From the NCBI GenBank assembly GCA_036796575.1, contig DAIRCR010000002.1, positions 155,393-219,392 of the forward strand: a stretch of DNA of 64,000 nucleotides, written 5' to 3'. Every line of letters begins with the position of its first letter. Within the stretch, counting starts at the first letter, position 1. A model generated the notes under the pieces. That model was not told where the DNA came from, did no database searches, and saw only the letters and a program-made list of their open reading frames with translations. The translations under genes were made by a program, and so were the position numbers. Below are positions 8,667 to 18,274 of the stretch, piece by piece. This stretch comes from Candidatus Nanopelagicales bacterium. Lineage in GTDB: Bacteria; Actinomycetota; Actinomycetes; S36-B12; UBA5976.

Positions 8667-10034
8667 ATGACCTCGGTAAGTTTTCCACTTTCAATCGATG
8701 CCTTAACCAAGGACATCAAGGAAGGCCGAATCGATACCGTCATTGTGGCCATAACGGACATGCAGGGTCGCCTGCAAGGTAAGCGTTTACACGGCGACTA
8801 CTTCCTCAGTGATGTACTGAACCACGGAACTGAAGGTTGCAACTATCTAGTTGCAGTCGATATCGACATGAACACTGTTCAGGGATACGACATTTCATCA
8901 TGGGATACCGGATACGGCGACATGGTGATGAAGATTGATCCAAAAACTATGCGTTACGTTGATTGGCACGAAGGTACTGCTCTAGTACTTGCTGATTTAG
9001 TTGACCACCATGACAATCCAATTCCAGAATCTCCGCGCCAGATTCTTCAAAAGCAACTTAAGCGACTTGAAGAAATGGGAATGGTTGCCATGGTCGGCAC
9101 CGAACTTGAATTCATTATGTTTGAAGATACTTATGAAGAAGCCCGGAACAAGCGCTATCACGATTTGATTCCAGTGAATCAATACAACGTCGACTACAGC
9201 ATCATCGGAACTTCCCGCGTAGAACCAATTCTTCGTCGGATTCGTCTATCTATGGTTAATGCAGGAATGACTGTTGAATCCGTAAAGGGCGAATGCAACT
9301 TAGGGCAGCATGAAATTGCATTCAAGTACACCGATGCGCTTGCTACCTGCGATCACCACGTGGTCTACAAAACTGGAGCCAAAGAGATTGCAGCCCAAGA
9401 TGGCTATGCCTTAACTTTTATGGCTAAGTTCAATGAACGCGAAGGTAACTCTTGCCACATCCACTTATCTTTCCGTGGCATAGACGGCTCCATGGTGCTT
9501 GCCGATCACAATGACCCAGATGGGCTAAGCGACATTGGTAAGCAATACATTGCTGGTCAGCTAGCGCACATGCGTGAGCTAAGCATTATGTATGCTCCTA
9601 CCGTTAACAGCTACAAGAGATTTGCGCCAGGAAGTTTCGCCCCGACTGCGATCAAGTGGGGTCGAGATAACCGAACTTGCTCTTATCGCCTAGTTGGACA
9701 TGGTCAAAGTTTGCGTGTTGAGAACCGCGTACCTGGTGGCGACGTAAATCCTTACCTTGCAGTTGCAGGAATGATTGCTGCTGGAATCGATGGCATCGAA
9801 AAGAAAATGACTTTGGAGCCGCGCTTCGATGGAAACGCCTACGCCCTAGAAACTGATCGGGTTCCTAACACCTTGCAAATGGCCCGAGACTTATGGGTAA
9901 ACAGCGCTTGGGCCAAGGAAGCTTTTGGCGAGCGGGTTCATAAGCATTACACACACATGGTTGACACTGACTTGGCACAGTTCAATAAAGCAGTTACTGA
10001 CTTTGAACTTATCCGTGGATTTGAGCGCTACTAA
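8667..10034 (+). CDS. Glutamine synthetase-like gamma-glutamylamide ligase (GlnA4/PuuA-type)
   Basis: DMQGRLQGKR, TEGCNY, GTELEF, GQHEIAF, GNSCHIH, ENRVPGGD; AAGGAG RBS. Confidence 0.88.
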   Translation: MTSVSFPLSIDALTKDIKEGRIDTVIVAITDMQGRLQGKRLHGDYFLSDVLNHGTEGCNYLVAVDIDMNTVQGYDISSWDTGYGDMVMKIDPKTMRYVDWHEGTALVLADLVDHHDNPIPESPRQILQKQLKRLEEMGMVAMVGTELEFIMFEDTYEEARNKRYHDLIPVNQYNVDYSIIGTSRVEPILRRIRLSMVNAGMTVESVKGECNLGQHEIAFKYTDALATCDHHVVYKTGAKEIAAQDGYALTFMAKFNEREGNSCHIHLSFRGIDGSMVLADHNDPDGLSDIGKQYIAGQLAHMRELSIMYAPTVNSYKRFAPGSFAPTAIKWGRDNRTCSYRLVGHGQSLRVENRVPGGDVNPYLAVAGMIAAGIDGIEKKMTLEPRFDGNAYALETDRVPNTLQMARDLWVNSAWAKEAFGERVHKHYTHMVDTDLAQFNKAVTDFELIRGFERY

Positions 10035-10050
10035 ATCGATTCGAAATAAA

Positions 10051-10479
10051 CTAAGCGACGTTAAATCCGGCCCAGATGCGTTTGCCGTTTTCGGTTAGCT
10101 CGTAACCCCACAGGTCTGCAAACTCATCAACGATGTGCATTCCTCGACCCGAGTCCACTGCAACATCAAGTGAGCGCATCACAGGCAGATGTTCGTCAAA
10201 ATCTTCAACAACGACCTTGACCATGTATTGCCACCGTTCCAATACAACTTGAAGTTCTGTCGCGGCATGGACTACAGAATTAGCCACCAACTCACTCGTC
10301 ACGGCTATTGCATGCTCGAGATCGATTGAGCCTTCATTACTCAAGAATGTAGTAACTTGTTGCCGGGCAACCAGAACTGAGTCAGCCATAGCTGGCATGG
10401 TGAAGGCAGCAATAGTGGAGAGAAAGTCTCCAAAATAGATGGCCAAATCCGAGGAACCGGATTCATTGAAGGCGCTCAT
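10051..10479 (-). CDS. Stand-alone HATPase_c (RsbW/anti-sigma-like) ATP-binding protein
   Basis: SELVANSVVH N-box, VED, SGRGMHIV, WG...GKRIW. Confidence 0.75.
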   Translation of the reverse strand: MSAFNESGSSDLAIYFGDFLSTIAAFTMPAMADSVLVARQQVTTFLSNEGSIDLEHAIAVTSELVANSVVHAATELQVVLERWQYMVKVVVEDFDEHLPVMRSLDVAVDSGRGMHIVDEFADLWGYELTENGKRIWAGFNVA

Positions 10480-10527
10480 GAGTTTCAGTATGCCCGTTAC
10501 TCGTTGAATAAAACCCAGTTATTGGGC

Positions 10528-11004
10528 TTATTCCATGCCTTTATCACGACGACCAGTTGCCCGCTGGGTCTCTCGTTTGGCATCTTTCTCGGCAATGGCT
10601 TGACGCTTGTCATAGTTCTTGCGGCCGCGAGCAATGGCTATTTCAACCTTGGCTTTGCCGTCGTTGAAATACAGACTCAGTGGGATCAGCGTCAGTCCAC
10701 TTTCCTTAAGCTTGTTTTCGATTTTGCTAATCTCTTGTCGATTAAGCAGCAGTTTTCGAGCTCGAGTTGGAGCATGATTAGTCCAAGAGCCTTCGTTGTA
10801 TACCGGAATGTTGACGCCACGAAGCCAAATCTCGCCATTTTCGAATAAGGCGTAGCCGTCAACCAAGCTGGCTCGTCCCGCCCGAAGGGATTTAACTTCA
10901 GTTCCTACTAGAACCATGCCCGCTTCATAAACGTCCTCGATAGTGAAGTCGTGGCGAGCCTTACGGTTCTGGGCGATGACCTTACGACCGCGCTCTTTTG
11001 CCAC
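10528..11004 (-). CDS. smpB: SsrA-binding protein
   Basis: [25 protein letters not shown]. Confidence 0.97.
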   Translation of the reverse strand: MAKERGRKVIAQNRKARHDFTIEDVYEAGMVLVGTEVKSLRAGRASLVDGYALFENGEIWLRGVNIPVYNEGSWTNHAPTRARKLLLNRQEISKIENKLKESGLTLIPLSLYFNDGKAKVEIAIARGRKNYDKRQAIAEKDAKRETQRATGRRDKGME

Positions 11005-11013
11005 TTAACTCAA

Positions 11014-12261
11014 CTACTTCCAACAAGGAACGACAGTTTTCGCCGCGCCAAACCAACCCATTGGATTGTATGGCACACCATTTAAGTGAACTTCAAAGTG
11101 CAAATGGTTTCCAGTTGACCAACCAGTAGTTCCCACATAACCAATAACTTCTTGATTCGAAACTACTTGCCCAGGTACAACTCCATAGGCAGATTGGTGT
11201 GCATACATGGTTACAACACCTTCGCCATGGTTAATCAAAGTCATTTTTCCGTAGGCGCCACCCCATCTAGTTGCAAGAACTACACCTGCAGCTGCGGATC
11301 GAATTGGAGTACCACCTTTTGCCGATACATCAACTCCGGTGTGACAGGAAGACCGTTTATGAACTGGGTGCACTCGAGCACCTACTCCGCCACCAGCTGC
11401 CCGACCTGGAAGTGGCCAAGAAAGTGGACCAGTTGCCTGCGGATCAACTGGACCTTGGGTTCCAGCACCTTTTGAAATTCCTGAAATTCGAATCTGTTCA
11501 GCTCGGAGTTCATCATATTGGCGTTGGACGTCTGCTTTGTCGTCTTCTGCAGCCTTCAATGCTTTGGCTTCTTGTTTTACCAACTTATCTAGTGCAGCTT
11601 TTTGAACTTCGGCCTTGTCAGCAGCATTTTGTGCATCTATGAGAGCTTGAGAAGCAATGTCTGCGATTCGCTGCATATCAAGACGAACCGCTTCAGCTGC
11701 TGCTGCGTCTAACGCAAGTTGCTCTTTAGCTGCTAGTAATTCGTCGAGACTTTTTGCTGTCGATAACGAAACTGCTTTTATGTTTTGCAGTCTGACAGTT
11801 AGGTCGGATGGAGATGTTGATTCAAGAACGATTTCCCATTGCGAAGTTGGACCCTGCTGGTAAACCGAACGCGCAAACTGATCTACCTTTTTTTGAAGCT
11901 GGCTAATCTCTGCTTCTTTACTCGTTACCTTTGAGGCTGCGGCTGCGTATGCGGCTTTCGATACGGCGAGATCTGTTGCAGCTGCGTTATAGACACTCCT
12001 TGCTTGCGCTTCAACTGCGCTAGCTTGTTCCATCGCTTCACGCGCAGCCGGAATTTTTGCCTGAGCATCCTTGAGCGATTCAAGGGCTTCGATCAATGCA
12101 ACCGATGCTTCAGTTAGTGCCTCAGATGCTTCCGCAACTTGTTTATCAATATCAGTATTGTTTGCAATCGCCGGAGTCATCAGCAGCGAGAGCAATAAGG
12201 GAACAGCAAGTAATCCTCGGGTAAACCGCGAGGAGTTCAGACGCGTGAGGAAGGCGCGCAT
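11014..12261 (-). CDS. Coiled-coil + M23 peptidoglycan metallopeptidase (EnvC-like architecture)
   Basis: Signal peptide, Ala-rich coiled coil, HTGVD and HLHFE; start moved to ATG 12261 behind GGAG. Confidence 0.85.
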   Translation of the reverse strand: MRAFLTRLNSSRFTRGLLAVPLLLSLLMTPAIANNTDIDKQVAEASEALTEASVALIEALESLKDAQAKIPAAREAMEQASAVEAQARSVYNAAATDLAVSKAAYAAAASKVTSKEAEISQLQKKVDQFARSVYQQGPTSQWEIVLESTSPSDLTVRLQNIKAVSLSTAKSLDELLAAKEQLALDAAAAEAVRLDMQRIADIASQALIDAQNAADKAEVQKAALDKLVKQEAKALKAAEDDKADVQRQYDELRAEQIRISGISKGAGTQGPVDPQATGPLSWPLPGRAAGGGVGARVHPVHKRSSCHTGVDVSAKGGTPIRSAAAGVVLATRWGGAYGKMTLINHGEGVVTMYAHQSAYGVVPGQVVSNQEVIGYVGTTGWSTGNHLHFEVHLNGVPYNPMGWFGAAKTVVPCWK

Positions 12262-12365
12262 ATTGCTCCGTTCAAGGGGAAGTTCTTTAAGCGTAACGGA
12301 AGTGCCTAGAGTTACTGATGTGACTAAGGCCGTGTCGGGGCAATATTTGCCCAAATTACAGGGAA

Positions 12366-13268
12366 TTAACCCCTTAGATAGCGCCGCAAAGTGATTGAGG
12401 CAGCCAAAACTGTAGTTCCCACACCCACCAGGTAAAGCATTGGAACTATAACTAAGACCTCATTCCAAGTCACAAACGGAATAAACGTAAGGTTTGGTGC
12501 GAGCTTGGCATCAATTAGCCAGTATTTTGAGGCCAATAATCCAGCCGTTGCCAACGTAGATCCAATAATTGCAGCTATTGCCGCTTCCAAAATAAACGGC
12601 AATCGGATAGACATGTTGCTGGCACCAACTGATCGCATAATCGAAGTTTCCCGACGTCTGGCGAAAGCGGCTACGCGGACTGTATTCATAACTAGTAATA
12701 CCGTTACAAAAAGCATCGCTAGTGCGATTGCTAATGCAAAGGACTGCAAGCCCTTAAGAATTTGGAAGAAGCGATCTAGTAACTGCCGCTGATCTTGAAT
12801 TGACTCAACACCTTGAACTGATTGCAATGCTCCCGCAACCTTCTGAAAATTCTCCGGGTTATCGAGCTTGACTCGGAAAGATTCCGGCAACGCATCAGGG
12901 CTTATGTTTGCCAAAATCGCTGAGCCAGCAAACTGTTCCTTAAATTGAGCATAGGCATCTTCTGATGATTCATAAAAAACTTCTTGAACCGATTCCAACG
13001 TGCCAAGAACAGTTTTAATGTTTGTGCGCTGCTCATCAGTAACTGCACCGGTACAGGTAAAGGCGACTGAAGTTTTTCCACACAAGAAAATGGAAACTTC
13101 AATTTTGTCGTACCAATAACCTTTCATTCGATCTACTTGTGCGCTCATTAACAAAGCTGCACCGACCAAAGAAAGTGACACAGCAACCGAAACAATCAAT
13201 GCAACAGTCATTGTGAAGTTGCGGCGTAAACCATTGCCAACTTCTTTGCTTACGAATGAAAATCTCAT
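12366..13268 (-). CDS. ftsX: Cell division permease FtsX
   Basis: LRRNFTMT, ARRRETSIMRSVGAS; downstream of ftsE. Confidence 0.93.
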   Translation of the reverse strand: MRFSFVSKEVGNGLRRNFTMTVALIVSVAVSLSLVGAALLMSAQVDRMKGYWYDKIEVSIFLCGKTSVAFTCTGAVTDEQRTNIKTVLGTLESVQEVFYESSEDAYAQFKEQFAGSAILANISPDALPESFRVKLDNPENFQKVAGALQSVQGVESIQDQRQLLDRFFQILKGLQSFALAIALAMLFVTVLLVMNTVRVAAFARRRETSIMRSVGASNMSIRLPFILEAAIAAIIGSTLATAGLLASKYWLIDAKLAPNLTFIPFVTWNEVLVIVPMLYLVGVGTTVLAASITLRRYLRG

Positions 13269-13270
13269 GC

Positions 13271-13963
13271 CTACTGCCCTGTATGCCCATACATGCCGCG
13301 TTCTTGATCGCGAACTATCTTGCCATTTTCCATTTGCACAATACGTTTGCGCATCTGATCAACAATGGCAACATCATGAGTTGCCATAACAACGGTGGTA
13401 CCCGTGCGATTGATTCGATCGAGTAACTTCATGATGCCAACACTGGTTGATGGATCTAGGTTTCCAGTTGGCTCATCAGCCAAAAGAAGTTTTGGTTGAT
13501 TAACGAATGCTCTGGCTAGCGCAACACGTTGCTGTTCACCGCCGGATAATTCAGAAGGTAAGCGATGAGCTTTTTCTTCAAGACCGACCAAATCAAGTAA
13601 TGCAGGAATTCTCTGTTGAATCTCTTTTTTTGATTTGCCAATTACTTCCATGCCGAATGCAACATTGTCGAACACAGTTTTTCCCGGAAGTAAACGGAAG
13701 TCTTGAAACACAATTCCCATAGTTCGGCGAAAAGCAGGGACCTTACGGTTAGGCAATTTAGCAACATTGATTCCGTCGACGGTTACGGTTCCTGAAGTTG
13801 GCTTTTCTTCCTTCAATAGCAATCGCAATAGGGATGACTTGCCAGAACCAGATTGACCAACCAGGAAAACAAAATCTCCCTGTTCTATGTTTAGATTTAT
13901 GTCATCGAGAGCTGGTGTATTTGAATTTCTGTATTGTTTGGAGACGTTATCAAAGTTGATCAC
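13271..13963 (-). CDS. ftsE: Cell division ATP-binding protein FtsE
   Basis: [35 protein letters not shown]. Confidence 0.95.
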   Translation of the reverse strand: MINFDNVSKQYRNSNTPALDDINLNIEQGDFVFLVGQSGSGKSSLLRLLLKEEKPTSGTVTVDGINVAKLPNRKVPAFRRTMGIVFQDFRLLPGKTVFDNVAFGMEVIGKSKKEIQQRIPALLDLVGLEEKAHRLPSELSGGEQQRVALARAFVNQPKLLLADEPTGNLDPSTSVGIMKLLDRINRTGTTVVMATHDVAIVDQMRKRIVQMENGKIVRDQERGMYGHTGQ

Positions 13964-14085
13964 AGTGAATTCTCCTTAAATGGGCACGCAAAGAATTTCG
14001 AAAAATTGTATGTCTTCAGCCTAAATTGTGCGCAGGCTATGCAGGTGCAGGGCGCGCCGAGTCTTGAATTATGAGGGACGGATCA

Positions 14086-15192
14086 CTAATTGGATTGTTC
14101 GCGACGCCAACGAATACCAGCTTCTACAAACTGGTCGATATCCCCATCGAGTACTGCTGAAGTGTTGCCGGTTTCGACTTCAGTTCTAATGTCCTTAACC
14201 ATTTGGTAAGGATGTAAAACGTAGGAACGCATTTGATTTCCCCACGAGCCACTAGTGTCACCCTTGAGCGCATTTATTTTGGCTTGCTCTTCTTGGCGAG
14301 TGCGTTCCAAAATTTTTGCTTGCAGAACCGCCATTGCGGTTGCCTTGTTTTGTAATTGCGAGCGTTCGTTTTGACAGGACACAACAATTCCAGTTGGGAT
14401 GTGAGTGAGGCGAACGGCCGAGTCAGTTGTGTTTACTCCTTGACCACCAGGACCAGAGGAGCGATAAACATCGATTCTCAAATCATCATCGGGGATTTCT
14501 ACTGAATCAGTTTGTTCCACCACCGGAATAACTTCTACTTCCGCAAATGAAGTTTGGCGTCGGCTTTGATTATCAAACGGCGAGATCCGCACTAGTCGGT
14601 GAGTACCTTGTTCAACCGACAAGGTTCCATATGCAAAGGGAGCTTTCACTGCGAAGGTTGTTGATTTGATTCCTGCTTCTTCAGCATAAGAAGTTTCGTA
14701 TACATCAGTAGCCCAGCCATGACGTTCGCAGTATCGCAAATACATGCGCTGTAACATTTCTGCCCAGTCAGCAGCATCAACTCCACCAGCGCCAGAACGA
14801 ATCGAAACCAGCGCTTCGCGGTGATCGTACTCACCCGAAAGTAGGGTCCGAACTTCAAGTTCACCAATTGATTTCTCAAGTGCAGTTAGTTCCGCACCTG
14901 CTTCATCCAGAATTCCTTGCTCACCTTCGGCCTCGCCCATTTCCCACAGAACTTGAACATCATCAACACGGGAACGCAGATTCTTAATTCGGCCAATGTC
15001 GGCTTGAAGTACCGAAAGCTTGCCAGTTACTCGTTGGGCATTTGCTTGGTCATCCCAGAGATCTGGCGCAGAGGCAAGGATCTCAAGCTCTGCTACTTGA
15101 GCTTGCATTTCATCAATTCGGAGGACTTTTTCGATGCTGGAAAGCGTGGAGTTGATAGTTGCTAAATCAACAGCAAAGTCTCCGGTAGCCAT
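14086..15192 (-). CDS. prfB: Peptide chain release factor 2
   Basis: SPF anticodon-mimic and GGQ motifs; single uninterrupted ORF. Confidence 0.97.
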   Translation of the reverse strand: MATGDFAVDLATINSTLSSIEKVLRIDEMQAQVAELEILASAPDLWDDQANAQRVTGKLSVLQADIGRIKNLRSRVDDVQVLWEMGEAEGEQGILDEAGAELTALEKSIGELEVRTLLSGEYDHREALVSIRSGAGGVDAADWAEMLQRMYLRYCERHGWATDVYETSYAEEAGIKSTTFAVKAPFAYGTLSVEQGTHRLVRISPFDNQSRRQTSFAEVEVIPVVEQTDSVEIPDDDLRIDVYRSSGPGGQGVNTTDSAVRLTHIPTGIVVSCQNERSQLQNKATAMAVLQAKILERTRQEEQAKINALKGDTSGSWGNQMRSYVLHPYQMVKDIRTEVETGNTSAVLDGDIDQFVEAGIRWRREQSN

Positions 15193-15214
15193 AGTTCATA
15201 AGGTTACCTTGAAG

Positions 15215-15658
15215 TTACCTAACTTTATTGATTGCCTTGGCTGCACTGACTACTACTGGAGTAGAGATTGGCATTAAGTAGCCGAATGCAGTGTTTGGGC
15301 TAGCCTGAACGGTCACCGTTACGGCGGTACCTGAAACAACTACCGATCTTACGGAAAGCTGTTTTACCTGTGAGCGCACATTTGCAGCATCTACGTATTG
15401 GCTCACTTTGGTTCGTGCGAGATTCTCATTAAGGCGCAGATTTGCTCCTAATCCATCACGATAAATTGCGTCAGTGTTTACAGCCTGAGCCGCTGAAAGT
15501 GCTGCGCCATCTGCAATGCCGTCTAGCACGTTCTTGGTTACCCATAGCGAAGCCACATTGATAGAAACTGTCGCAATCATTAAGCCTGCTATTGATAGTC
15601 CAATTCCGAACAAAAGAATTGAACCTTCTTCTCGCACCATTAATTTTCGTAGATTCAC
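15215..15658 (-). CDS. TadG-like pilus assembly protein
   Basis: EEGSILL prepilin-like leader, TM helix, ADGAALSAAQA. Confidence 0.75.
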   Translation of the reverse strand: MNLRKLMVREEGSILLFGIGLSIAGLMIATVSINVASLWVTKNVLDGIADGAALSAAQAVNTDAIYRDGLGANLRLNENLARTKVSQYVDAANVRSQVKQLSVRSVVVSGTAVTVTVQASPNTAFGYLMPISTPVVVSAAKAINKVR

Positions 15659-16077
15659 GGTGATCGCAATTCATCAACAACCGAAGTGTGTTGTGACGTA
15701 ACTATTACGCTTCGTGATCCTAGAGCCCTAGGTAAGTTAAGCGTTACTTCTTTACTTACCCTTACGGTCACATACCCACCGGGTGATAAGCATGGCTTTT
15801 TACTGCATAGAATCTTTGTTTTTATCGGACCATTAAGTGCATCAAGGTCTTGCGCAGCTAGACCAGCAGATGTGTTTGCCGCTCGATTCCCACCTGCCTC
15901 GCTACTCGAGACTACGAATGCTCGTGCAGCAGTTCGTGCTGATATTTCCGTTGAGAGAAAAGCATTAGCTACCTGAATACTCGAGTTTGCAATTATTGAG
16001 AGTGGTACTAATAGCGCCACAGTTATCCCAATAAACTCCACAATCACATTTCCAGTGTCACTTTTGATTTGCGTCAT
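15655..16077 (-). CDS. TadE/F-like pseudopilin
   Basis: SDTG|NVIVEF leader with E+5, ARTAARA, CSKKPC. Confidence 0.75.
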   Translation of the reverse strand: MTQIKSDTGNVIVEFIGITVALLVPLSIIANSSIQVANAFLSTEISARTAARAFVVSSSEAGGNRAANTSAGLAAQDLDALNGPIKTKILCSKKPCLSPGGYVTVRVSKEVTLNLPRALGSRSVIVTSQHTSVVDELRSP

Positions 16078-16481
16078 AGGGAAGCCTCGTCGATGGAACG
16101 TGCCGTACTAGTCATCATGATTTTGCTCCCTAGAAAAGGGATTTCAATTTTTCGAGTAACTGATACTGAAATATAAGTTAGACCTTGATTTCGAACCTGA
16201 GCTACGACAATTGCTTCCGGCTTAAACCCGACACCACGGCTGGCTAGTACTTCTAATGCTGCAATCCTTCCATCTGAATTTGTCGCATCTGCCGCACTTG
16301 CCGCCCGTGCACCGATAACGGCAGCCGAGTTTAAGACGCTTTTGTCTGCGACCAACATAGCTATCTGTCCGATTGCGATGAAGATTGTCACTACTAGTGG
16401 CGCAACCAAAACAAATCCAACAATGCCAGATCCAGTATCGGAGGCTAATGCGTTATGGTCGCGAAACACTTCGAAGTGCAC
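16074..16481 (-). CDS. TadE-like pseudopilin
   Basis: SDTG|SGIVGFVLV leader, AAVIGARAAS. Confidence 0.7.
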   Translation of the reverse strand: MHFEVFRDHNALASDTGSGIVGFVLVAPLVVTIFIAIGQIAMLVADKSVLNSAAVIGARAASAADATNSDGRIAALEVLASRGVGFKPEAIVVAQVRNQGLTYISVSVTRKIEIPFLGSKIMMTSTARSIDEASL

Positions 16482-16671
16482 TTGTTAGAACTGCCTTGAG
16501 TTGCCCATCGGCTACAGACCAAACTGCGACAACCAGTCCGGCCGTCATGACTGTGACAAGCACCCATCCTGGAACATCGCCACGCTCATCACGAGACTTT
16601 TCAACTGCTCTTTCAGCAGCAACTTGCAGGGCGGCTGAAATTTTTGGACCTATATCATTCGATATCTTCAT
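16453..16671 (-). CDS. Flp-like pilin (atypical)
   Basis: 72 aa; DERG|DVPGWVL followed by a hydrophobic helix; lies between tadC and tadE. Confidence 0.7.
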   Translation of the reverse strand: MKISNDIGPKISAALQVAAERAVEKSRDERGDVPGWVLVTVMTAGLVVAVWSVADGQLKAVLTSALRSVSRP

Positions 16672-16712
16672 GTGTATTTCCTTTTCTGATTGTGAGCTTT
16701 TGCTCTGGGGAG

Positions 16713-17600
16713 TTAGAGAACTTGAAGTGCGATCATTCCTGGATAAAGAGCAACGGCCACGATCATTGGCAAAATCAGGAACACAACTGGAAGCATCATT
16801 GATGTTTCTTTATGTCCAGCCAACACCAAGAGCATTCGAACTTGATGTGCTCGTGCATCAGCAGCCTGAGCTCGAAGCACCTGGACTAAAGGCGTTCCCC
16901 GCTCAAGAGCTAACTCCAAGGAATGCATAGCTCTTGTTAGTGGTTGCGATTCGATCTGGCTACTCACTTGGTTAAGTGCCAGCACCAAGGCATCACCTGA
17001 ATTGACGGAGTTAACAACTTTTCCTAATTCACTAACAAGTGGACCAGTGCAGGATTTTGAGATTCTTTGGAGGGCTAGAAGTACAGGCTCTCCTGCCGAA
17101 ACAGCAAATGCCAACAAATCAAGGACTGCTGGCAGCTGTTCTTCGATGCTTAGGCGACGTTTGTTTGCTTGGTTTGCCAAACTCCACTTGGCATACCAAC
17201 CACCAGCAATGAATGCACAAAAGACTAAAGCAAGGACAAACATTGGAGATAAACCTTTTCCAGAACTAAGTCGAAGCAAAGCCCATGTGACTGCCAACAG
17301 AATTGAATATCCCGCAAAAGTGATCTGCTTTCGGCGAAAGCCAGTTAACGTATATTCGCTCGCGGATTGCCCTAGCCATTTTGATATTTCATCATTACTG
17401 CTCCAAGGTGACCAACTACGCGATGTTAGTAATTCATTTAATGCCGATGCGGCCTGCTGTGTGAAGTTCTGTGACTTAGTTGATCCCATTCCAATAAAAG
17501 GTGATATCTGATCGCTCATGGTCAGTCTTGGTCGTCTAACTACATTTGCACACAAAACTACTCCGGTTGCAAAAAGTAGACCTATTAGAATTCCGCTCAT
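16713..17600 (-). CDS. tadC: TadC-like T2SS-F family membrane protein
   Basis: QLPAVLDLLAFAVSAG, ERGTPL, PVVFLILP. Confidence 0.85.
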   Translation of the reverse strand: MSGILIGLLFATGVVLCANVVRRPRLTMSDQISPFIGMGSTKSQNFTQQAASALNELLTSRSWSPWSSNDEISKWLGQSASEYTLTGFRRKQITFAGYSILLAVTWALLRLSSGKGLSPMFVLALVFCAFIAGGWYAKWSLANQANKRRLSIEEQLPAVLDLLAFAVSAGEPVLLALQRISKSCTGPLVSELGKVVNSVNSGDALVLALNQVSSQIESQPLTRAMHSLELALERGTPLVQVLRAQAADARAHQVRMLLVLAGHKETSMMLPVVFLILPMIVAVALYPGMIALQVL

Positions 17601-18274
17601 GCCAATAGTCGCTTTTCGGCAGGAAGTTCAGCAATCTTCATCATTGCTACATACGCCAGCACAGAAATCATGGCGCAGATCCCTAGCATGCGAATTCCAC
17701 TTGCTGACATGTAGACATTTGCTGCGGTATCACGCGTTGACAAAACTAGTGCAGTAACCCATGGCGCAGCGACTGCAAGTTTGGCTCCGTTCACTGTCCA
17801 ACTTTGCCTAGCAACTATTTCGCCACGTAGAACTAGTTCTTCTCGCATTACTTCTGACAATGTACGTAGTAGTACACCAAGGTCGGCACCTCCAACCTCA
17901 TGGGCAATCTGTAAAGACGCAACAAATTTGTCAGCCTGTGGAGCTTCTAGATTTTGGGCAACTAGATTCAGGCCTGCGTTGAAATCTCCCGTTGCTTGAT
18001 ACTGATCACGGCAAAGTTGAAATACCGGCCGAAGTTGCTCGGGACCTGAATTGCAAAGCTCGATAACTGCTTGTGGTAGCGAAAGACCAGCCCGTATTGC
18101 CGATGCTAGATCATCTACAACATCCGGCCAGAGATCAGCCGGTACTTTCTTGCGATTATTCAGAAGCTTCAGGTTTCTATTCATCTTGAATTTCCGAAAC
18201 CTCATTGGCTCTTGAATAGCGCTCCAAGCCAGAATGATTCCAATTGCACCGAGGAGGCCAACGATTAAACCCAT
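17597..18274 (-). CDS. tadB: TadB-like T2SS-F family membrane protein
   Basis: WPDVVDDLASAIRAGLSL, EVGGADL, ARQSW. Confidence 0.85.
   Translation of the reverse strand: MGLIVGLLGAIGIILAWSAIQEPMRFRKFKMNRNLKLLNNRKKVPADLWPDVVDDLASAIRAGLSLPQAVIELCNSGPEQLRPVFQLCRDQYQATGDFNAGLNLVAQNLEAPQADKFVASLQIAHEVGGADLGVLLRTLSEVMREELVLRGEIVARQSWTVNGAKLAVAAPWVTALVLSTRDTAANVYMSASGIRMLGICAMISVLAYVAMMKIAELPAEKRLLA

Noticed and set aside
14086-15192. Programmed +1 frameshift in prfB
   Set aside because: The ORF is full length and uninterrupted, as expected for Actinobacteria
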